Assembly: GCA_963924565.1 (NCBI GenBank)
Contig: OZ004608.1
Span: 17,360,001 to 17,424,000, forward strand
From: Ascidiella aspersa
Taxonomy: Eukaryota
Direction of reading: 5' to 3'
Length of the DNA stretch: 64,000 nucleotides
A program made the translations under genes and the position numbers. Below are positions 13,901 to 27,367 of this stretch, piece after piece. The notes beneath the pieces were generated by a model. That model was not told the DNA's origin and did no database searches. It saw only the letters and a list, made by a program, of their open reading frames with translations. Each line of letters begins with the position of its first letter. The stretch's first letter is position 1.

Positions 13901-16316
13901 GTTAGAGCTTGGTCGCTTGATCGTTTAAACATTTGCCGCTCCTTGTAATCCCCTTTAGATGGTCGCCAGCTTACAGGGAACGCCACTTAAGCGAAACCCT
14001 TACAGCAACACAGCCATCTAGCCATGCAACGATTACCAATCTTTATGGAAACTGCCAAAGTCGCCAACACAGTGATTGGAAAGTCGTTCCGTCGCTTGCA
14101 ATTCAACTGACCTGGACCTGCCGTCGCGCAGGCGCCTCACAGTCTAAAAAAATGTTGTACTGCTGCATTAGCAAACGTACTTCGTTGGGTGGTGAAATCA
14201 GGTTGTCACAACAACATTAGGAAAGCACCTCGATGCGGCAAATTTGTTTTTAAAAGGGCGAATTGGAAAATATGCTCTATTTTAAATCCACAGGTAGTTC
14301 TTATAAACATATATACCACTGGTAATTACCTTTTAGTGATTCTGCACCAGTTGTACAAGCAACCCGAACGTCCCGTAATTTTAATAACTAGAATGGGCAC
14401 CGTGTTGCGAAAACGGAACTTGGCTACATTTCGTATACTAGCTCAACTGAATAAATCCCCTAAAATAGTGGACAATGAAAGCGCGGGACTAGACGTTGCT
14501 AAACCGCACACCCCCCGTCCGTCCGCGATTGATCCAGGAATTCAAGCTTTATGACGTAACAAATGCGAAATGGTTCTGGCGCTCTCGGCTCACTCCCACA
14601 GCTTCTATTGTTTGCCAAAAAGATCGGAGATCGTAAAAGCGCGCCGAGAAATTGCATTACGTCATTGCTTATTTTCCCATTTTTTCCAGACTGGCGTTTT
14701 TCATTTTTGCTGGCTTTGTTGTAGCATTAAATGTTGCGTTAATAAGTAAAGGTCTTAAGAAAACCTTTGGTCTTACTAAATTAGAATTGTATTTACAATA
14801 AATTGGGCAAGTTTTAATTATTTGATAAGGTGGCACCATTTTAAATAACCTTTTGGCTTTTTTTTTGAACAACATTTTCGGATAAACTAAAATAACATTT
14901 TGTTTTCTGTTGGGTGCACTGATTTTTAGTACATCTCGTGGTGCATTTAATCAAGTATAATTTTATGTTTTTAACTGATAAAGCGCTGCTTCTAACAATC
15001 TTTGGCTGAATTATTTCCTTATGTGATCAAGGTAATCTCATTCATCTGTGTTTGTCCATGATATGTTAAATCATTTGTAAACACACACATACACATCATG
15101 GTATACCTTATGAGCAGAATCGCCCCTATTGCTATTTGCACGAATTAATTGGGTTGTTGGCGTAGACGTTAAGTGCAATTCGCTGATTTGCTGACTGTAG
15201 AGCCGAAATAAATACCGATATTGGCAGAATTAAGTCGTAAAGAAAACTTCTTTCCGCTTTAACGTTGAATTTGCAGCTAAAATGTTAAGCGTGTTTCTGT
15301 TGGTTATGTGTTCATCCATAAATGGCAGAATATTGAAACAATCCGGCTGTGTTGCCCCACTCACAATTCACCTTCTCGTTATACGCAATTCATATATACG
15401 TTTCGTACTTTGTATAACTTTATTTTTCGCGTGTTTGATGATTAATTATGAAAAAATCCATTTTGTCTGACTTCTGACATCATGTTCTAATCTAGCGCTC
15501 CATTTAATCCCTTGTGAAGGCAAGCCGGCTTTGTGGCATTGATTTATTGGATTCGCAATTAAGTTTGACCTTGCGAGGAAGAAGAGACCATTGCGATGTC
15601 ATGAACTGGTTTCGGGCAAAAGCGGAAGACCTTGTTTGTTGGAAGGCTCTAACTGAACGACAAAAGAGCGCTCTTATTTAAACGTAAACAAGGACAGCCT
15701 ATTTACGATTCGTTTAAAGATTACTCCTCGTGGTTAAATTTTGTGAAGTACGCCAATTTAATGCTTGCATTTGTAGGAGTTACCTCGCTGTGCCTTAGAG
15801 ATTTGCGATTTTATAAATTTGATGAATCGGGTAAATGTACCATCAAGTTTCACAGCATCATTATTCGCAACCAATTCTTCCCAAAGCTACTCACGTTTTC
15901 AGTAACTAGCTCCAGCACTTTTTCCCTTTCTCCGGAACATCATTAAACGATTCAAGGAACAGAAGTGCGCATTGTGGCAAAGGCTTTCTGGAAGCCGTGC
16001 CATCTGCCAAGTGCCAGGTCAGCGATCGGTTCCTGTAACAAGTATTCTTGACTTCCGTCGTTTCGGGTCAGGCGTGAGTCAAACGAGTCTGGTAGGCCCT
16101 CGGTTCAAAGCTCGTATTTACTTAGTGTTTGCGTCCCTAGTTAAGTTTGATTGATTTGTTGCACTTGGCAGTCATTCGATTGAATGCTCCACAGCAGATT
16201 AAATGATTTTGATTTTATACCACAATTATTTTATTTTTCATTTGATCACTATTCTGCATGACAATTTTGATTAGAGAATTTTCATTTTACTTTAACTGAC
16301 AACATTTTACGTTGAC

Positions 16317-16348
<32 letters not shown>

Positions 16349-19300
16349 CGCGCAAAAAAAGTGTTATCATAAGGCAGTGGTTCTCAACCGGGCACCCTGG
16401 TGTGACATTTCTAATGCTCAAGGATACCGATAGGTATTTAACCATCTGATTTTTGCTCAATTGGTAAGCTTCTTGATACAACTTTTTGTGTACGATTAGA
16501 TACAATAATATCAAATGATATTTTCTGTTTTAAGTTAATTGTGTTGCTCCAATTCCATTTATAGTGACATTTCAGTAAAATACTCAACGAAAATTCCAGC
16601 CGGGGTGCCGAAAATCTGTTTATTATTTTTGAGGGGTGCCGTAAGCTATAAAAGGTTGAGAATCACTGTCATAAGGTAATAATGTTTGTTGTTAATTGGC
16701 CACAGGAAAATATCCCCCTGCAATCTCCTAAACTCTCCTCTGTTACTGCTCTAGATGCCAGAACTGTGTGATTACAATGGAAACTTGAGCACTGATGAGT
16801 GGCAAGTTGTGTTTACTTTTAGCACTACTTGCGTCGCGTGTACTTGTCGGTCGGGTTCGCCATGTGCGGCGATGACACGCTTTTCAGCTTTTTTAATGGC
16901 AAAGCATGTTTCGTTCCCGCGCAAACAAAAATGGTGCGAATATTTCGAGGAGAGGGAAAACTTTGCGCTTGAGCGGACGTCAAGCGTTTCGCGAAGAACG
17001 CCCTTCTCTGCGGACCAAAAAAGTCCCGCCCACTGACGATTGAGGCCACCAGTATATCACATGGGCCCCTCTCTGTGGTCGTTGCCCCTATGCAGCCTGT
17101 TAGTACTCACGGTGACTGGGCAATGCCCTCAGCTCGGCGGCGGTCGGACTGATAGCGAGAGTGCACTCGACACAAACGCGCCAGCAACCCTTTTCACGCT
17201 CAGCTCCCTGAAAATCTTTTCGAGAGGACCAGTACAGTCGACCAGCACAGCAGTAAGATTGAACGGCTAAAACTACTGGCTATACTTTTTACCCCTTTTT
17301 AGGTGTTGTTTTATTAACTTTGGATCCGGGATACAAGTTTAAATTTGGTGGAAATTGTGTACAGTTGATTGTTTGTCATTACACAGTAAGAACTATTAGA
17401 AATTGTTATCATACAGTTTCAATCAAAAGTGATTCCACTAAGTTTTGGCCAACGATTTCTTTTAACATTGGCTGTAGGACTTTTTTTAACATTGGCTGTA
17501 ATGGGCTATAATTAACCACTAACAGGTCATTTGTCATTTCCATGGTATATATTAGTGCTCAAAAATTGATTTTTTTTACTTTTAACGCTGGCCCCAAATA
17601 TTTTTTTGAAGGGGTGGACCAAAATTTTTTTAGAGATGACGTCATAAATTGATGTCATAAACAAGAAACCTGCTATTTTCAGTCCAATAATTGTGAACCG
17701 AGGTTACAGGTAGGCTAATTGTGAACCGAGGTTATAGGTAGGCTATTTTTTGGTATTTTTGTTAGGAGTTTCTTTGATAATACTTACATATCGTACCACA
17801 GAGCATTGTTTTGTTATGGCATGGGATCCTCTCACCTGAAGTTATCATTTTGATGACTATGCAAGTGTTTTGAAGTAAATACATTAACTGGTCGGGAAAA
17901 CGCCAAACGTACTAGTTTGATGTGTAGCCTATTTAGTGTTTACTCAAACATAAGATATGCTGGCAGTACAAAGAGGACCTTTGGCAATGGCTTATTTCAG
18001 CCTTTCTCCATACTTATATATTTGCATGGCTGTTATATTCTCCGCCCTCGAACCTGGATTAATGAAATTACAATCTCACGAGACTCCCCCTCCCCCCAGA
18101 AGCCGCCTTTATACGCATAAATAATTGAGCGGCCTCAATGAAGCGCCAGAAGCGATGAGATGTCGCTTTGCAAGTCCGTGTCAATGCACTGGATCGCGTG
18201 CCACGCCATGATTGTCAAAGTTCAATATTGACACACATTAGCGTTCCGCCTCTAGAGCCGCACTGTCGTTTATACACATTAGCCTGGTTTTGTCGGGTCG
18301 TTCGGGTCTCAGTAATTTTAGCACGTGTCTGGGTTAATTTGCTGCAGTGCTAATGACTAATTGTCACCTTGACTTCGATAAAGAGATTCTTCCTTCCAAT
18401 AGGCCTGCATATTTACTTACGTCGGGTTGGTTAGAATTCTCTACCGTCAAACCATACCATAGCATGGTGAGTGCAGCTTTAAGTGAATAAAAGGCGTTTT
18501 ACTTTCGGCGAATGTTAAAGTTTGGTATACCATCGCCTTTCCCTTTTTGGCATTGAGTGTCTGTTAAGAAGACAGCGACTCGTATGGATTTAGTAACACC
18601 AACCTGTCAATATAGCACTCGTAATTTTCGCTCATCGCCGTTATTCGAGCCTAATTTCCACTCTGGCGCTCGGACGCTCGTGAACCTTGGTTTCCAGGAC
18701 GTCTTTGAAAATATCAAGTGGTGACCACGTCTGAAGGTACAACGGCAAATTACATGTATGAGACCCAAAGGCACCAGAATCAGAACAAATCAGCACGATT
18801 ATGGGCCGCGTTGACTTATTAAAATTCCTTTATCAGACTGCCCACTTTCGGCGACTATTTATCGCTTCGCCACACGCAGAATTGCCTGGAAAGATTCAGA
18901 CGGACGTAAGGTGGCACCGGAAGTCGCTGCTACAACAATCGAGACAGGAAATTGACTTAGTCGGTGCCAGGGCCTGTATTGCTTTGCTTACCTTTTCAAC
19001 AAAGCCCTGAAGTGGAGACGGTCGTTTTCGCTTTTGAGTGCTCGGCCACCAAAAGTTAAAGAGCGTTAGCGATCCGAGTGCGCGTAAACAAGTGTAAGTG
19101 ATGACGTAGCAGCCTCGAGAGCAGTCCAATTTAACACATTCCAGTTGTACTGTATTCCCGCTATATTTATTTTACGCTTAAGGTGCGTAATGCAAAGCGT
19201 GTTTGACGTTTCAACATCGTTGTTAGCGAACGCTTTTTTAAATGTCAGTTTATCGTTTCTGACGTTTAACCCCATAAATGTAGTACTCCTAGTTTAAATA

Positions 19301-22300
19301 AGCATCGCATGTTTAGGTACATTGCCGAACTGTGTAACAATTTTAAACGTATGAAACACGGCCCAGTCCCAAGCAAAAATGTTGTTGATTACTACTTGCG
19401 GCTAGCACCGCGATGGACTTATAGATATTTTTGTTGTTATCGATCGGCATGCCAGATAAGGTTGTCGCACTGGATAAGATTTGGAAAAGGAACTTAACGC
19501 GTTCCTCTGTAATGGGGTTGTCCAAATATAGATTCTCTTCGCCTATCGCCGCACAATTCTGCCCAACAGTTTTGTACCCGCGTCTCCGCTGCACTGCAAA
19601 TTGCGCTGAGAAATGAAATTATACCTTGCGAATCGTGTATGGCCAACTGACCGCTTATGTCGACCCAATTCGTAGACAAACACACGCGGTGACTCGGTTT
19701 GTTCGGTTTGGTACACAAAGGTTAAGTCATGGAAAATACGGGTGACGAATGAACAGACAAATCGTCCCAATTAATATGAAAAACCCTAAACGACACTCAT
19801 CAACTTAAATGCACCGCTAACAACTTTGTGTTCGCACAGTAAGTGTACTTGCTGTGAAACAAAAGCAAGAGAATTTGTTACAGTCGCCGCTCTAGTTGTG
19901 ATCTTTTCTACTGGGGAATGCTTGAACCTCGACATTTTACTGACGATTAGGCTCTAAGTCTAGGCGTTTACTCTATTTGTTTAGCATTTTTACACACCAA
20001 TTAATACATCACTGGTAGTGTAGACATGCGATATATACCGTTGAGGTATGTTGCTGTTTTTCGCATTTAAATTCTGGTGGTCCAGGGATTCGCATTGTTT
20101 GTTGTTGTACTACCAGCCTATACATATAACATTGCTGACCCCCAGCAGATAGGCTACGATTAAAGGCATATCGTAAAGCTACAGTAAAACTGTCTTTAAC
20201 TGTTATTTGCTCCACCAGCAACGAAGTTGAGTCACTGTATATATGTTTTATTTATACAACATGTACTTGATAGTTGCTTAGCAAATAGTTGGTCTAAATT
20301 GAAAAAACCTGCTTACCCACGAAAATAACTTTAAGTAAGATGATTATATATTTTTTTATAAAACAAATTAAAACATTAGGGTGTATATGTGGTGACATCT
20401 TCGGTTTAACGACAAGGCTAGATACGTTTTTCAATAACGCCCCAAACTGACCCAGTAAAGTTTATTCACTTTGCGTGGGCGTTTGTGTCAATTCTCCGTC
20501 CTACTGTAGACTTTTGATAGCAGCTAACATACAGAGTTTACAGACACAGGTATGCACCGTAAACCGTTCTATATAGCTTGTTGTCAGTACATTGTTACAA
20601 CAACACGCCATAAAAACGTATTGTCGGCCCCCGCATCGTTTCGTCGTTTGATCGTCTGAACACCGATTTCCGCGCTATGTATTAGCTACTTCTAAAAGTG
20701 CAGATTTCAACGAGCGTATCTGCCTTCCTTTATTGCTCCAGTCAAACCACCTCTCTATTGCGTTGCAGTGGAGCATATCAATCGTCTGGCAGTTGTCTTG
20801 TGTTCTTGCCAAGTTGTGTAACCTTACGTGACCAGACACCATGTACATACATATCGCGACCTCATTGCTGACTAGCAAAGCTCGCGTGCCTCTACTAGTC
20901 ATAAAACAGGGTCTAGAAATGCCGAACGAATTCCTCGTTGACGAGATTGTCTTTATGGCCTCTTTATTGGTTTAGTGTTTGTGCGACGTTTATTTATTAA
21001 CACTTATTTTTCTCCATTGTGTTGAAAAGTCCTCTTGTTGGTTTGTTGCAGTGGTTCTAAAACTTGATTACTTGGATAACCCCTTTGCATTTTCGTGAGT
21101 GGTGGCCAGTGGACATGCAGCAAACAGACCATAGCATTATTTTTTTGTTGTGTGTGGCATTTATAATTAATAAGGATACTTACCTTTGGAAACGCTAGCC
21201 CGACACCATGACTTCTCCTGTTGAAATGTATTATTTATGCATAAAATCAATAACCTTATGCGAGTTTCCACACACAACCATACTTTTCTAAACAAATCCA
21301 GAACAGGCGGTGAAATAATAAATTGTTTGGGTAGTGTAATAGGTTTGGAAAATAAATAAGTAACCAGAGGGCCAATAATTCGACATTTTAGTGCTTTATA
21401 TTTTGAATATTACAATGAACTAGCCTAAACATGCAGCTTCTGGCCCAAATAGTGTGGATTGTGTTTCGTTGTAGTACTAACACTCAGGTCTATCATTCAA
21501 CAAGCTGGAATTTTCCTTAACAAACTGTTTTGACTGAGATTTTTTTTTTATTTTGACAGAAACAACTTCGCGAGCTCGACAGCGACATCCTGCGGAAGTT
21601 CGTGCGCCTTAACGATCGCATCGACGAAATGCGCTGGCACCTCGAGCAAAAGGAAACCGACCTCAAGCGGAACATGGAGGGCGAAAGTGGCGTAAACATA
21701 GAAGCCGACGTCGACGTCACGACCTTGTCGCGTCACTCGCCCTGGGAAGACGCTCTTCGGAGACTGTCCGAAGACGAAGTGGAAGTGGAAGAGGAAGACG
21801 ATGACGAAGAAGACATTAAGTTCATTGCTCCTGTTACCATGGCCACGACCTCGTATGCTTCTCTCACGTCGGCAAGGAGCGGTCGGCCCGGCATGGAAAA
21901 TAATCGTTCCGGATTTGGAGGGCACCATAAGAAACATTCGAGTTCGACCACCTCGACGAGCAAGTCATTCGCAAATCCAACCTACGGCCACGTGGACGTC
22001 AGAGGTCACGTTACTCAGGAGCGCCCAAGCATGCTTCAGCCGGGGGCAATCTCCGCCAACGCCGAGAAGCAAAATTACTACAGGTGGGTGGATTTTATCA
22101 GGGCTTGAGATATTCCGGGAACCATCTAACTTAGGATTGTTTGACATATACCTTCAAGTTTTTTGTGCAACCTAGACAAAGACATTTTTACTTATCATTC
22201 TGGAAAAACAACTGATAGATAATCACATATGACGTAGTGTAACATCGTTTGATCGTATTAAGTCTAAACATAATGTTAAAATATATATTTATTATAAAAT

Positions 22301-23180
22301 ATACAGACATAAATTGCTTTATATCCATGGCATATATCCACTTTACTTTTATTTTTACCAAAAACAACCTAATATTATTTCTTTAGACGTTCTAAACGAC
22401 TTCAACAAAATCTAAGATAATTAATTGTATGACTCCGTCGTGTATTTGAAACGCTTGTTTTTACACCACAGGACGAAACCGCTTCGACCGAATTCCACCG
22501 ACCAAACGCACAATCATGCTCAGGTTGGCATGCAACGCTCCCAGTCTGCTTCCAACGCCGCTAAAAAATATAACCCACTGCCCCAACACCAGGCCCGTTC
22601 GTTTCACTCGTCAGAGTCGGCCTTCCGCCCAGTCAACGAAAACCAAGTGGCTCACCATCAACGAGCACCCAGCGATCGAAGTTTTGAAGCACGTCATCCG
22701 AAAGATGGCAGCAGGCGAGTGTCAGACTTTCAGAAAGCGCGCGACTACCAGAACCTGATCGATCTGTCACGCGTACGTGGCGCCGTAAGCCAGGTATCAA
22801 TGAAGCCCCGTTCGCGCACTTCCACCTCGTCGCTCGCCTCGACTGTCTCCTCGGCGTCGTCCGGCGCGTCCTTGCGCTCCCCCACGCGGCCAAATTCGTC
22901 GCGGAGTACGAGCAGCAAGTGGGCGCGCTTTGGAATCGGCAAAGGCAAAGGCGCCCCCGGGCCAATCGAGCAACCTCCACAGACGAAGACTACCAACGGC
23001 GAAAGTGCTAGCACCGGTAGCAATGGCTTCCTTTCCAAGCGATCGAGTCTTTCAAGACGTCATGGTGACGTCATTGCACGTAATCAAAGCGTCATTGCTG
23101 TGTCCTACAAGCGTCGAACCGCCAACGACTCTGTCTACAACTGGATTCAAAGTCAGCAGGACGACGTCACTTATTTATAA
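10972..23180 (+). CDS. LURAP1: Leucine-rich adaptor protein 1 (LURAP1/LRAP35) homolog
   Basis: Exons 10972-11388, 21560-22083, 22472-23180. The splice junction builds QAKLKHLFFEM|KQLRELDSDILRKFVRLNDRIDEMRWHLEQKE, matching the LURAP/FAM89 leucine-repeat motif. The C-terminus WIQSQQDDVTYL* resembles the vertebrate LURAP1 ending ..QDDVTFL (from memory). Confidence 0.85.
16375..16668. mobile_element. hAT-Charlie-like MITE in LURAP1 intron 1
   Basis: TIRs cagtggttctcaacc / ggttgagaatcactg. Perfect 8-bp TSD tcataagg. Confidence 0.92.
17687..17746. repeat. Short tandem duplication (~28 bp, taattgtgaaccgaggtta(c/t)aggtaggc x2)
   Basis: Two adjacent near-identical copies. Confidence 0.8.
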
Positions 23181-23997
23181 TTTTTTTCTATTCTAATCCA
23201 CTCACCGCCTTGAGCCACAATAAACAGTACTTTACGCTATAATTGTCGCTGTTGTAGTTGTTGGTATTGCTTGTTTACGATATATCACCCTTTCCGCCTT
23301 TTTAGTTTCCCGTATTCGTCGCCACCTGCGTTATTACTAGTGCCATTTGATGATTTTCACGCCATCCCTTCTTGTTTTTTGTGCATAATAGACACCAAAC
23401 GTTTATGTTATATTATTATTTAGTGACGCTGTCAATGCATTAATCCTATTTTTTATGTCGAATACATCTCCCTACTACATGTGACCTGGTTAATTGCTCG
23501 TTGTAGTTTATCCAAAGTTAGGATAAAGCATGTTTTTTCTAAAAAAACATAGTTTACGAAATACACCAATCAGATGGACAGGATAATTACTTAAGTATGC
23601 CAGTATTAGTGTATAAAAAATACGATAAATGAACAAAAGTGTTTTTATGTTGCAAGGGCAAGCAATAGTGGTGAAACAGTTTATGGTAATTTTGCACAGA
23701 ATTTTTCCTAGGTGCTGTTATATAGTGCGGTCATCTTGCTCTTCGTTTCTTTCAACAGCGGGTCTAAACAGGAACTAATTACTCAAATAAATCTATGTCA
23801 TTTCAAACCACATCTATGTGCTTAAGTCATTCGTGGAAGGTTAATCCAAAAGGTGTCTATAACAAAATAACCTTTCAATTAGTCAAAATATAGCAAGAAT
23901 ACCTGCCGTACTGCTCATGATGGCCGTGTCGAAGGCTTGGTGTTATTCTTCTCTGCATTTTGGCTAACTGGATATAATGACACGGAAAGAAAAATAA

Positions 23998-24640
23998 GAT
24001 AAAGATTAAACTTCAAACAAAAATTATTAAACCGAAAATCAGTTTGCTTAGGTGTTATCGATAAATATATTTAACTCATATGAGCCTCATCTGTGTCTAA
24101 AAAACAGCATAATATGAAACAGGAAGTGCGCAATTTGTAAATAAAAAACTTATGCTAACTGTGCTAGGCAAGTGGTTTATCTACGCAAGCTGCAACAAAT
24201 AAAGATGCAATCGGTAAAAGACGAAACAAACTGATCACACAGATAAACCGCGCCGTAAAGTGGAACTTTCCACTATTGTCACTTGCAGCAATTGTGGCCT
24301 GCGTAGTGCACCACCTATCGAGTTTATTATTTACTAATATTTCCACTATTGTCACTTAATTTAGTTGCAGCAATTGTGGCCTGCGTAGTGCACCACCTAT
24401 CGAGTTTATTATTTACTAATATTTCCACTATTGTCACTTAATTTAGTTGCAGCAGTTGTGGCCTGCGTAGTGCACCACCTATTGAGTTTATTATTTACTA
24501 ATTGCGTACTTCTTCTTTATATTGTGTTGTGTTTTACTTTTTGAAGCTCTTAGCAGTCAAGTATATTTATTACCGCTAAGATCTAACTAAACAAACTGAT
24601 TTTCGGTTTACCAAGTTTTGTACCAAGTTTAATCTTTATC
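23998..24640. mobile_element. Foldback/MITE-like element with ~70-80-bp inverted arms and an internal 82-bp tandem array
   Basis: Left arm gataaagattaaac..taaaccgaaaatcagtttgcttag..ataaatatat is reverse-complemented at 24561-24640. Internal unit gcagcaattgtggcctgcgtagtgcaccacctat.. starts at 24285, 24367 and 24449. Confidence 0.75.
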
Positions 24641-25711
24641 ATTAATGTGCAACCGGAATTGTTTGTTTTTCACCATTCGGATTCAGGCAAATTCTTTTAT
24701 TCGAAAGAAATTTCTGATTACTTAGCTTGGGTTTTTAAGGTTGGTTTACGCAGCACATCATTCTCTGCTCACTCTTAAAATGAATTTTGTAAATAACCTC
24801 CCAATGTCAAAAATCTATACAAATTTCAAGCTTTATTTTTACGCAATATTTTTCAGTCTACTTTGATTGCATGGTTGTTATTCTGTTGAGGCCCAGAATT
24901 TAAAGTTAAGGAGATTCAACAAGACTAAGTGTGCCTTTGGACCTTGGAGTATCTTATTGTACATTAGATGAAAGCACAAAGTTGTATATAAGTTGAGTGC
25001 TTTTTAACGGTGTGCGTAATGGACGACTTTTTTATTGATTATATTTATTAACCATAGGAAAACTTTGGCAGAATTAAAACATTTTAAAAACGCAAATAAA
25101 AAAAATGTGGGTATATTTGTTTTGTCTATCTTTATCCGTTCTAAAGCTGTCACTGATAAACCCTAAAATGCAATGTAGCAATAGATGGGAAAAAAGAAAC
25201 TTAAATTTTATGACAAATACGGCAATGCGATTCTTAGAGATATGCCTTTAGAAATGCACACAAACACTAAAAAGCATAAAATATAACACCTCATATCAGG
25301 CAGGTATGGGGAGCGTGTACCGCATCGTATACATAAACTTGTTTTTATTCGAATGAAAAGTGTAAAATAAATTAAATTAAATTACCAAAAGGTAAACATG
25401 AAGTGATGAAGGATAATTACAAAAACTAAAGCTTGATGACTCGTTTGAAAAACATAAAAACTTTCAAAAAATATGTTTTTACAATAAATAGGCCCTAAAC
25501 TATTTTAACAGTCCTAAGTGTAGTTCGTCTATTTGCAAAAGGTTTCGTGTGAACTAATTTATTACACAAATAAAGTTGGCCCATTATATTCCTTTACAAA
25601 AGTATACGTTCAAAATATTCTTCCTTACGCATTTCTGTAATCAACAGCATCATTTATGCATAAAAATTTCACTCTTTGTAATTTTCTGAATTCCTTGTCG
25701 TTGGATTGTTG

Positions 25712-25772
25712 TTCGTTAGTGACAGCCACCCAGCCGATACTTTTTCGTTAGTGACAGCCACCCAGCCGATAC
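25712..25772. repeat. Tandem duplication of ttcgttagtgacagccacccagccgatac (x2)
   Basis: Two exact 29-bp copies. Confidence 0.85.
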
Positions 25773-26248
25773 GATCTACCTTTTTACAATAATTTATTTA
25801 TTCACTTGGTTTGGTTCTAATTAACTGTGAAATTACTGGAGTTACTGATGAAGGTTTGGTGGTTGGGGTTAGATAAAAGGTTGCTTATATCTTCTGGCCG
25901 TTAAAGTTTTATTCTAACTGGTTTAGGTCTTATTTCGACTATTTAGCATAAATTCAACTTTGGTCCTATTCCGAACTGTGTTTTATTGCACATGTTATTT
26001 TATCGGTGTTTTTGATGGAGACATTTTTTGTGGGCAATGTATATTTTTATGTAACGACATTGTAATGCTAGATCTAAAATATATATATACTTTGTAGGTT
26101 GGGGACCAATGTGCTACAGCACTTCAAGTAGGTTTCGCGCAGCCAGTATCGATGTATTTTTAAACTACTTTGATTGAATCTTACGTTACGTAGGCTGAAA
26201 ACATTGGTTATTAACATGAAAATCGAATTTAAAACCATTATTATGAAC

Positions 26249-26499
26249 CAGTGGTTGTCAAACTCGTGTAAGCGTATACCCCTGGCGGCGCGGACGAATA
26301 CGTTTTTCATAAAATTTTATTTATAATAAATCTTTGGTCAGACTGTGTGTAGTAAGTATACTCGTTACTAGCGAACTGTTTGTCAAGAGTAATTATTGTC
26401 CTGTAAACGTTGAATGTTTGCTGTTTTTAACATCAAAAGGGTCCCATTGTTTTATAAATCATATTGGGTTTGCAAGATGAAAAAGTTTGAGAACCACTT
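26249..26499. mobile_element. hAT-like MITE (aged)
   Basis: Ends cagtggttgtcaaac...gtttgagaaccactt. Degenerate 8-bp TSD ttatgaac/ctataaac. Confidence 0.7.
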
Positions 26500-26777
26500 C
26501 TATAAACAACTTTCATTATGGAGACAGACGTTTTGCTTTTAGATGAACAAGCAATGTTGCTTTTTATATTGTTGTTGGTTGTCATACAAAGGGTTTTAAC
26601 TTGGCAAAAGCGATGACTTTAGTTTATTTTTTACGGTCACAACAAAGTTGCGTCTAACGTCAACGAACACGTAATCCAGTTGAAAAAAACTTTGTTTGTT
26701 TGTTTTGGACACTAAAATATTGATCTGTCGCAGTCGCCTGTTACACTTTTGTTTCAAAATGGTCAAACCGTTTATAC

Positions 26778-27293
26778 CAGGGATGTCCATTGTCCCACCC
26801 GCGGTCCGCCTGCTGATGTTTACGTGCGGCCCACGACTTATTCTTATTTCAGTAGCCTATATTTAAAACATCGTTTTCGACCTCTCTCATCGTTTTCGAA
26901 AAATGTGTAATCGAGTCTAATGTCGCATTTCAACATTCATCGAACACTTGTGCACCCTTCATTGTCAAGTAATTGATGCCTATTTTTTCTTAAATGTGCG
27001 TTTTTGCAGACCGTTTTAAGGAAATATATCAGCCCAAAGGTTTCGTACCATGGCATGATATACGGCACGTAAACTCAAATTTTCGCGTTTCGCGGGATAA
27101 GACCGATATTCACTGGCAAATTTGCACACGAGTTCACTTTGGAAGAGCAGTTGTTTATAAGTTAAGTTGTTTTATGACGTCACGATATGACGTAACGTAT
27201 GACGTCATCCTTTTAATTGAATGGGTTTTGCGGCGCATCGAAATTTTTCTAAGTGACAATGCGGCCCATTCTGCTAAAAGGTTGGAAATCCTG
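26778..27293. mobile_element. hAT-like MITE
   Basis: Ends cagggatgtcca...ttggaaatcctg, gcggccc subterminal motifs, TSD gtttatac/gtttaaac. Confidence 0.75.
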
Positions 27294-27367
27294 GTTTAAA
27301 CCAATTTAAGACCAACAATGTTACTGTTATTTTTACTGTATTTTGCGATGCACATTAAATAACTCAT

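Noticed and set aside
16790-17270. Possible hammerhead ribozyme or structured RNA (ctgatgag, ctgatagcgag) in a GC-rich intron patch
   Set aside because: No matching GAAA core and stems found. Would need an Infernal search.
24267-24502. CRISPR-like periodicity
   Set aside because: Whole units repeat with no unique spacers, the context is eukaryotic and there are no cas genes.
27200-27367. SECIS element supporting selenocysteine at the TGA
   Set aside because: No recognisable AUGA..AA..GA stem-loop by eye, and the TGA aligns to Arg rather than Cys.
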